A stretch of DNA of 64,000 nucleotides from Candidatus Bipolaricaulota bacterium (GTDB taxonomy: Bacteria; Patescibacteriota; Patescibacteriia; UBA11705; DATKZF01), in assembly GCA_035528115.1 (NCBI GenBank), contig DATKZF010000003.1:227795-291794 (forward strand), written 5' to 3'. Shown here piece after piece: positions 57,761 to 64,000 of this stretch. The notes beneath the pieces are model-generated. The model searched no databases and was not told where the DNA came from. It saw only the letters and a program-made list of their open reading frames with translations. Within the stretch, counting starts at the first letter, position 1; every line of letters begins with the position of its first letter. The translations under genes and the position numbers were made by a program.

Positions 57761-58363
57761 TTATTTTATTGATCCAACCAATTCCACTTCATCCCCCTCG
57801 ACCAAAACAGCTTGATTATCCGTTATTTCCTTAATTTCATAAGAGACCTTTTTCTTCCATTCATCAATAACATCCTTGTCGCTTTCTTCATAGTGCGGCG
57901 CCACGGCGAAATCGACAAACCCCAATCCTTTTGTATTCCGCAAATCAACATCGTTTTCATCCCAAGGAGCGGCGGTTTCAATGTCAGGCCCGGCCACAAT
58001 GCTGCCGGCGCTGACGCCGACGTAAACGCCATCAAAACCGTTTAATATCCGGTCAAATTCCGATTCGCGGATCTTATTCAATAAATAAAAACTATTGCCT
58101 CCGCAGACGTAAATGACATCATAGCCGGCAACTTCATCGGTTTTTATTGTATGATCCAATTCCAGCGTTTTTATGTCTTTAATCCCCAAATCCAGTAATT
58201 CTTTATATGATTCCTTTACGTATTTTAATTCTTCATCGCTTCGCGAGGCTGTCGGCACGAAAATCACTCGTATTTCGCGTGACGGTTTGCCGCACAATTC
58301 AATAAATTTTTCAGCGACCTTTTTATTCAAAAACCCCGCCGATGTAAGTAAAATTTTTTCCAT
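57761..58363 (-). CDS. pepE: Peptidase E (S51, type-1 glutamine amidotransferase-like fold). Start at the internal Met 'MEKILLTSAGF'.
   Basis: 'ILLTSAG...VIFVPTAS...YVGVSAGS' matches peptidase S51 motifs. The track ORF start (58417) adds 18 non-conserved residues. Confidence 0.65.
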   Translation of the reverse strand: MEKILLTSAGFLNKKVAEKFIELCGKPSREIRVIFVPTASRSDEELKYVKESYKELLDLGIKDIKTLELDHTIKTDEVAGYDVIYVCGGNSFYLLNKIRESEFDRILNGFDGVYVGVSAGSIVAGPDIETAAPWDENDVDLRNTKGLGFVDFAVAPHYEESDKDVIDEWKKKVSYEIKEITDNQAVLVEGDEVELVGSIK

Positions 58364-58419
58364 ATTAATTACAAATTCCAGCTTCCATGCCCTCGTCCCT
58401 AACCTCCAGCCTCCCAAAA

Positions 58420-58995
58420 TTACCGTCCTCCTAAAAACTTTAACGCCTCTTTCAATTGCTCCCCCGAATCCACGATTTCCTTTGAAACTTTGCTCAAAGC
58501 GTCTCTGGCCTGCTGTTTGCTGTAGCCGAGAGTCATCAAGGCTTCTACGGTATCATTATTAATTGACACCGCTTCAAACGAATCAGCGCCTTCCAAATAC
58601 TCGACTTTATTTTTTAATTCCAAAACGATTCGCTCGGCCGTTTTTTTGCCCAAGCCCGACACTTCATCGAAAACTTCGGCTTGCCCATTGGCAATGGCTG
58701 ACAATATCTGATTGACCGAATACGCGGCAAAGACATTGAGCGCGGTTTTCGGGCCCACGCCATTAACCGAGATCAATTTTTCAAAAAGCCCCAGCTCTTC
58801 AAAGCTCGAAAACCCGAAAAGGTCATCAGCGTCTTCCCTGATATTTTCATAAAGATAAAATTCTGCCGCGTCGCCGATACTCAACTCGGCCAACAGTTTT
58901 TTATTGGTGAATATTTTATAACCCAGGTCATTTCTTGCCAAAATTACGAAATTTTCGCCTTTGTTTTTGATTGTTCCCTTGATGAATGAAAGCAT
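58420..58995 (-). CDS. ruvA: Holliday junction DNA helicase RuvA
   Basis: 191 aa. 'LISVNGVGPKTALNVF...GLGKKTAERIVLEL' are tandem HhH motifs. Confidence 0.9.
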   Translation of the reverse strand: MLSFIKGTIKNKGENFVILARNDLGYKIFTNKKLLAELSIGDAAEFYLYENIREDADDLFGFSSFEELGLFEKLISVNGVGPKTALNVFAAYSVNQILSAIANGQAEVFDEVSGLGKKTAERIVLELKNKVEYLEGADSFEAVSINNDTVEALMTLGYSKQQARDALSKVSKEIVDSGEQLKEALKFLGGR

Positions 58996-59100
58996 ATTTA
59001 TATCTATTTTAGCACGAATTGGGTGAGTTTACGAGATTACAGATAAACATACAGATTGTACAGATTGGAAATTATGGAGCTAATCTCGTATAATCTGTAC

Positions 59101-60477
59101 TCAAATCTCGTAATCTTGTATATTCAACTTCCTCAATACCGTAAACTCCGGCGCTGGCCTATCCAGTCCAATCAAAACACTCAAACCCTGCCCGCCATGA
59201 GCTTCGGTCAATGGCTCTTTGGTCTTTGAATCAAACATTTCCTTTATGGTCATTGAAAAATTTTCACCCTTTGGCGCCACCAGCTCCACCTCGTCTCCTA
59301 TTTTAATAACATTATGAACCTTGACTTCCGCATATTTGTAATTATTCGTAATTTCATCATTTTTTGTATTTGTAACCATCCCAACGAATTCATAATCGCA
59401 ACCCTCATGCCCGCTCTCATACCTTTGCTCGACATTTTCTTTTCCAAATAAAAATCCGGTCGTAAATCCGCGATTGATGTTTTTTTTCAATTCTTCTTTC
59501 AATCTTGCCGCTATGTTTTTGAAATCTTTTTCATTGATTGAATCAATCGCTTGGCGATAAGCTTTGGTGGCCGTGGCCGCGTAATAAACGCTCTTGGCCC
59601 GACCTTCAATTTTAAAGCTCGACACGCCGGCCTTTGCCAAATCCTTCAAATATTCAATCAAACACAAATCTTTGGAATTTAAAATGTACGTTCCATGCTC
59701 GTCTTCGGTTATTTCCAAAAATTCTCCAGGCCTTTTCACTTCTTCAATATAAAAATCCGATCTTTTATTTTCGAGGGATCGGAAAGGCAAGCTTTCCGCC
59801 GGTGATTTTCCCTCCATTAAAATATCATCCATTTTTTTTATTTTTGATATTTTATTTTTTATTTTATATTCCCACCGGCACGGCTGCGTGCAATCGCCCA
59901 GGTTGGCGCTTTGATTCATAAAATATTTCGACAATAAACATCTGCCCGAATACGACACGCACATGGCGCCGTGAACGAAAGCTTCCAATTCGACCTCGGG
60001 AACTTTTTCGTGAATTTCTTTGATCTGATCAAGCGTGACTTCGCGCGCCAAAATGATTCTTTTCACTCCTTGATCAAACCAAAACTTGGCCGCGCGCCAA
60101 TTCGTGCAATTCGCTTGCGTGCTAAGATGAATTTCCGCCTCCGGCCAAATTTCTTTGATCAAAGTCAAAACTCCGGGATCGGAGACGATCAGCGCATCCG
60201 GTTTTATTTTTTTCAATTCAAGCAAATATTTTTCAAGCTCGGGCAAATGAAAATTGTGCGCGAAAATATTAACCGTGATAAAAACTTTTTTGCCCAGATC
60301 ATGAGCGTATTCAATGCCGTCTTTCAAACATTCCAAATCGAATTGATTGATTCGAACCCGAAGCGAAAAATCCGGAATACCGCAATACACCGCGTCCGCT
60401 CCAAAAGCGAATGCAGTCTTTAATTTTTCCAAATTTCCGGCCGGGGCCAGCAATTCCGATTTTATAAAATCGTTCAT
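59101..60477 (-). CDS. Peptidase U32 family protein (YhbU/RlhA-like)
   Basis: 458 aa. 'ELLAPAGN...GADAVYCG', 'E.FVHGAMC.SYSGRC' are U32 signatures. Confidence 0.85.
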   Translation of the reverse strand: MNDFIKSELLAPAGNLEKLKTAFAFGADAVYCGIPDFSLRVRINQFDLECLKDGIEYAHDLGKKVFITVNIFAHNFHLPELEKYLLELKKIKPDALIVSDPGVLTLIKEIWPEAEIHLSTQANCTNWRAAKFWFDQGVKRIILAREVTLDQIKEIHEKVPEVELEAFVHGAMCVSYSGRCLLSKYFMNQSANLGDCTQPCRWEYKIKNKISKIKKMDDILMEGKSPAESLPFRSLENKRSDFYIEEVKRPGEFLEITEDEHGTYILNSKDLCLIEYLKDLAKAGVSSFKIEGRAKSVYYAATATKAYRQAIDSINEKDFKNIAARLKEELKKNINRGFTTGFLFGKENVEQRYESGHEGCDYEFVGMVTNTKNDEITNNYKYAEVKVHNVIKIGDEVELVAPKGENFSMTIKEMFDSKTKEPLTEAHGGQGLSVLIGLDRPAPEFTVLRKLNIQDYEI

Positions 60478-60515
60478 ATTAACGAAATTTTAGCATATTT
60501 TGGGAAAAAATCAAT

Positions 60516-60599
60516 GGCGCGGGCGGACGGGCAATCGCCCGTTGTAGAGACGCGCCATGGCGCGTCTCTACGCGCCGCAACGCGGCGCCCGCCCGCGCC
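60516..60599. repeat. GC-rich composite palindromic element, copy 1 (outer 11-bp stem enclosing three hairpins)
   Basis: 'ggcgcgggcgg acgggcaatcgcccgt tgtagagacgcgccatggcgcgtctctac gcgccgcaacgcggcgc ccgcccgcgcc' in a ~40% GC genome. It shares its core with 61593-61651. Confidence 0.7.
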
Positions 60600-60605
60600 A
60601 ATCAA

Positions 60606-60636
60606 AAAACCGCCTGATTGGAATTTGGCGGTTTTT
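60606..60636. terminator. Bidirectional hairpin terminator
   Basis: 'aaaaccgcc tgattggaatttg gcggtttttt': a 9-bp stem flanked by A-run and T-run. Confidence 0.5.
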
Positions 60637-60640
60637 TATT

Positions 60641-61579
60641 TTAAATTCTTTTATGCCTGATCAACCCAGAACACGGAATTATTTCCAGCTTCTTTTTTTC
60701 CAATTGATCCAAAAGCAAATTGACGCCGATCGAATCAGATGACATATGCCCGGCGATCAGAGCGTTCAAATGATTTTTCTCCGCTTCTTCTTTATGCTGT
60801 TCGCTAATGTGCATGCCGATGATCGTGCCAATGCCGGCATTGGCCATCTTTTCGTAAATCTGCGGATTGCCTTCCGTGCCGCCCGTAATTTCAGTAATCG
60901 CTATTTTGCCGCAACGATTGTTTTCATGACCGGAAAAAAGCATTGGTCCGGCGCCCATCTTTCTCGCTTCCTCATATTCCGGAATCGCGTTGAAAAGCTT
61001 CATCAAATCTCCGACGTATTCGAATTTCTTTTTCGAAATTTGTTTTTTCAAAAAATCAGCCACCAAATTATCGCAAATGGTGTGGCAACATATGAAATTG
61101 ATATCAAGCAGTTGGGCGGCGTCCACAGCGCTGTTGTAATTTTTGCTCCCGACATTTCGCGCCACCTCGGAAATCTTCACCTTAAAAAGTCCTTCGGCCA
61201 CATTGACGGGCACTCCGTATCCGGCCAACACCTCGACTTGAAGATCAATCACTTGCGGCACGTTGGCCAGGGCTTTGCCTCGAGGATGATGGGAAATCAC
61301 CAAATCCACGCCCAGTTCTTTGGCCAAAAGAATTTCAGCGGTATCAATATCTATGCCGACCAAAATCTTTTTCACCTCTTTTTTATTGTCATACAAAATC
61401 GCGGAATCAGCGTACGGATTGACCAGCCGATCCTTGTCGAAGAATCTTTTTTCCTCTTTGGACGCTTTGTCGAAAAGATCTTTTTGTCTGGCCAAATATT
61501 TTTGCACGGACTTTGTCCCGCGAAGATCCGCGGCTTGACCCATCTTTAAAGCCAATTCGAATATTTGTTGTACTTTCAT
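60641..61579 (-). CDS. Nif3-family dinuclear metal centre protein (YqfO/YbgI-like)
   Basis: 312 aa. 'DLVISHHP' and a C-terminal 'GHMSSD'-like metal-ligand pattern. Confidence 0.75.
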   Translation of the reverse strand: MKVQQIFELALKMGQAADLRGTKSVQKYLARQKDLFDKASKEEKRFFDKDRLVNPYADSAILYDNKKEVKKILVGIDIDTAEILLAKELGVDLVISHHPRGKALANVPQVIDLQVEVLAGYGVPVNVAEGLFKVKISEVARNVGSKNYNSAVDAAQLLDINFICCHTICDNLVADFLKKQISKKKFEYVGDLMKLFNAIPEYEEARKMGAGPMLFSGHENNRCGKIAITEITGGTEGNPQIYEKMANAGIGTIIGMHISEQHKEEAEKNHLNALIAGHMSSDSIGVNLLLDQLEKKKLEIIPCSGLIRHKRI

Positions 61580-61592
61580 ATTGTTATTTAAA

Positions 61593-61651
61593 GCGCGGGC
61601 GACGTGTAGAGTCGCGCCATGGCGCGTCTCTACACGTCGCCCGCCCGCGCC
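61593..61651. repeat. GC-rich palindromic element, copy 2
   Basis: 'gcgcgggcgacgtgtagagtcgcgccatggcgcgtctctacacgtcgcccgcccgcgcc': an about 24-bp stem centred on CCATGG. Confidence 0.7.
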
Positions 61652-61654
61652 ATA

Positions 61655-64000
61655 TTAATTTTTCTCCAACCCAAACCAAACTTCCTTGCCATTGATTTTA
61701 AGCTGCGCGCAAGCGCTGTCTTCAAGCTCTTTTTTCCCTTCGATTATTTCATCGACCAAAGTCTTTTTCTTTATCTCTTCCCCGAATTCTCCGGTCAAAA
61801 TCTCGCGCAAATCCTCCTCGGATGTTTCGAAATATATTTTCGCCCGATCCTCAATGGAATAACCCGCGCCTTTTCTCAAATTATTGATTGACCTGATGAT
61901 TTCCCTGACCAAACCTTCCTTTTCCAACTCGGGAGTGATTTCCGTATTCAACGCCACTTTAACGGGCGCGTCCTCGATCGTTCGCCATTCTCCCCCGTAA
62001 GTCAAATCGGAGACCACGCTGATTTTTTTCACGTTCAATTCGTCTTTGATCAAGTCCGAATACTCATCCTTAAATTTATGATCAACGATTTCCAGCTCGG
62101 ACAGAGCCTGCCTGACTTTGACTCCTTTTCTCTGCCTGATGGCCAGACCGATTTCAATGACTTGCTTGGCTTTGTCCATCATGGACAAAACATTTTGATC
62201 AATTAGCTTTTCGTCAAACAAAGGCCAATCTTCCAGATGAACCGATTTTTTCTCCCCGCCGATGCGGTCATAAATGAATTCGGCCAAAAACGGAGTGAAC
62301 GGCGCCATGGTTTGGCTTAAAGTCATCAAGGATTGATAAAGCGTCGATAACGCGGCTTCTTTGTCCGCCAAGTCATCGCCTTTGACTCGTTCCCTGCTTC
62401 GGCGCACGTACCAGGTCGATAATTCGTTGATAAAATCCTGAATGCTCTTTTGAGCGCGATTCAAATCATACTTGTTCAAATTCTCCGTGACTTCCTTGAC
62501 CATCAAATTCAATTTGCTGAAAATCCATTTGTCCAAAATATTTTCGCCGGAAACGATTTTCGGTTTCTCGGTCGCGTACATCAAATAAAACGACAACACA
62601 TTGGTGGCCAGCAAAATCACTTTTTTGTAAACTTCATCAACGCCTTTTTCGCTGAACCGTAAATCTTCAGCTCGCACCACGGGCGAGGACATCAGATAAA
62701 ATCTGAGCGCGTCCGCGCTGTATTTATCGACCACGGCCATGAGATCCGGATAATTCTTTTTCGATTTGGCCATTTTCTGCCCGTCTTCGGCCAAAACCAT
62801 GCCGTTGACCACCACGTTCTTGAACGCGGGTTGGTCAAACAAAGCGGTTGATAAAACCAGCAAGGTGTAAAACCAGCCGCGCGTTTGATCCTGGCCTTCG
62901 GCGATGAAATCGGCCGGAAAATGATTTTTGAAATATTCTTCGTTTTCAAAGGGATAATGCATTCGAGCGAACGGCACTGATCCGCTTTCCATCCAACAGT
63001 CAAAAACTTCCGGCACCCTTTGCATGGCGGAGCCGCATTTTTCGCACGGAAACATTATCTTATCCACGAAATGTTTGTGAAGATCAGTCACTTTCTGACC
63101 GCTTAATTCTTCGAGCTCTTTGATCGAGCCAACCACTTTCTTTTCCCCGCACACGCATTTCCAAACCGGAATCGGATTGCCCCAAAATCTGGCTCGAGAA
63201 ATCGACCAGTCGCGGACGTTCTCCAGCCATTTGCCGAACCGTCCTTGTTTCAAATGCTCGGGCATCCAATTTATTTGATCGTTCATTTTAATCATTTCGT
63301 TTTTTATATCCGTCACTTTCACGAACCACGAGGAGGTGGCGTAATTTAAAAGCGGGGTGTCGCAACGCCAACAATGCGGATAGCTGTGTTCGAAATCTTC
63401 GAATAAAAAAACATTGCCTTGCGCGGCCAAAAAAGCTACTATTTCCTTGTCCGTTTTGGTGGGATCGCCCTTGGGTTTGACTTCCTGTCCGGAAAATTCG
63501 CGAACCTGATCAATGAATTTACCGTTTGGCGTCACATGCTGAATGAAAGATAAATTTTTCTCTTGTCCCAAATTAAGATCGTCTTCGCCGAAAGCCGGGG
63601 CAATATGCACCACGCCCGTGCCTTCTTCCGTGGACACGAAATCCGCGGAGACAATTTTGTATAAATTTTCCTTATTCGGCAGTTCCTCGCTTAAAAAATA
63701 ATCGAACAGCGGGACATATTTTTTGTTTTCCAATTCCGCCCCCCTGATCTTCTTTATGAATTCAAACTTGAAATCGCGGTTGGCCTCGGTCTCGTGAAAA
63801 ACAAACGATTTGTCTCCCTCGGAATATTCCGCGTAATGTCCGAACACTCTCGGTTCCGCGGTCTGCGCCAAAATCAAAAGTTCCTCGGCTCCGCCATCGA
63901 CTTCTTGTTTTTTCCAAATTGAATAATCCATGTCCGCGCCCACGGCCAAAGCCACATTGCCCGGCAACGTCCACGGCGTGGTCGTCCAGGCCAGCACGAA
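61655..64000 (-). CDS. ileS: Isoleucine--tRNA ligase, type 2 (partial; N-terminus beyond the window end)
   Basis: 'WTTTPWTLPGNVALAV' and 'KMAKSKKNYPD' (a KMSKS variant followed by NYPD) match the type-2 IleS pattern. The ORF is open to the window edge. Confidence 0.85.
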   Translation of the reverse strand, partial: FVLAWTTTPWTLPGNVALAVGADMDYSIWKKQEVDGGAEELLILAQTAEPRVFGHYAEYSEGDKSFVFHETEANRDFKFEFIKKIRGAELENKKYVPLFDYFLSEELPNKENLYKIVSADFVSTEEGTGVVHIAPAFGEDDLNLGQEKNLSFIQHVTPNGKFIDQVREFSGQEVKPKGDPTKTDKEIVAFLAAQGNVFLFEDFEHSYPHCWRCDTPLLNYATSSWFVKVTDIKNEMIKMNDQINWMPEHLKQGRFGKWLENVRDWSISRARFWGNPIPVWKCVCGEKKVVGSIKELEELSGQKVTDLHKHFVDKIMFPCEKCGSAMQRVPEVFDCWMESGSVPFARMHYPFENEEYFKNHFPADFIAEGQDQTRGWFYTLLVLSTALFDQPAFKNVVVNGMVLAEDGQKMAKSKKNYPDLMAVVDKYSADALRFYLMSSPVVRAEDLRFSEKGVDEVYKKVILLATNVLSFYLMYATEKPKIVSGENILDKWIFSKLNLMVKEVTENLNKYDLNRAQKSIQDFINELSTWYVRRSRERVKGDDLADKEAALSTLYQSLMTLSQTMAPFTPFLAEFIYDRIGGEKKSVHLEDWPLFDEKLIDQNVLSMMDKAKQVIEIGLAIRQRKGVKVRQALSELEIVDHKFKDEYSDLIKDELNVKKISVVSDLTYGGEWRTIEDAPVKVALNTEITPELEKEGLVREIIRSINNLRKGAGYSIEDRAKIYFETSEEDLREILTGEFGEEIKKKTLVDEIIEGKKELEDSACAQLKINGKEVWFGLEKN

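Noticed and set aside
58363-58417. N-terminal 18 residues of the pepE track ORF ('MGGWRLGTRAWKLEFVIN'). The same applies to the upstream extensions of rplC (14664-14699) and rpsL (19894-19986).
   Set aside because: The conserved N-termini of the families align to internal Met codons. The extensions run through hairpin or repeat sequence and are unlikely to be translated.

Overview
This 64-kb window is low-GC (about 40%) and coding-dense, and almost every gene is on the minus strand. Standard genetic code (TGA/TAA/TAG stops). 

Core content, read 5'->3' on the minus strand (descending coordinates): 
- A partial type-2 IleS, Nif3, a U32 peptidase, RuvA, peptidase E and a SAM methyltransferase. 
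- A compositionally distinct accessory island at about 53.3-57.1 kb. It holds a DpnI-like methyl-directed endonuclease, a small ORF, a 380-aa protein with a C-terminal Rx4HG (HEPN-like) motif directly coupled to a 170-aa membrane protein, and a DinD/Bro-N-like gene. It is bracketed by a duplicated femAB 5' end. 
- FemAB. 
- A cell-surface locus: a 2037-aa N-terminally anchored giant repeat protein, a DUF916/DUF3324-like anchored Ig-like protein, and two paralogous secreted proteins. 
- ComEC split into two ORFs, ndk, a Memo-like protein, tRNA-Pro, a four-helix-bundle protein, pyruvoyl arginine decarboxylase and an RND efflux pair. 
- GC-rich islets carrying DUF218, PEBP and a secreted protein. 
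- An MFS transporter, a quinoprotein dehydrogenase, RdgB and TspO. 
- A tRNA-Ala/tRNA-Leu/rpmB islet bounded by inverted repeats, and an M50 protease. 
- A complete str-S10-spc ribosomal superoperon: rpsL, rpsG, fusA, an inserted 104-aa acidic ORF, tuf, rpsJ, rplC, rplD, rplW, rplB, rpsS, rplV, rpsC, rplP, rpmC, rpsQ, rplN, rplX, rplE, rpsZ, rpsH, rplF, rplR, rpsE, rplO, secY, adk, map. L30 is missing between S5 and L15, and several ribosomal proteins carry terminal extensions. Both are features reported for Candidate Phyla Radiation (Patescibacteria) bacteria. 
- Finally ruvX, recO, a candidate RNase P RNA overlapping the recO 3' end, and a partial secreted beta-propeller-repeat protein. 

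Several short intergenic repeat/palindrome families recur across the window. The most novel candidates are the membrane protein + Rx4HG protein pair inside the DpnI/DinD island and the giant-protein surface locus. All functional assignments come from reading the translated ORFs and from motif recall; no database search was run.
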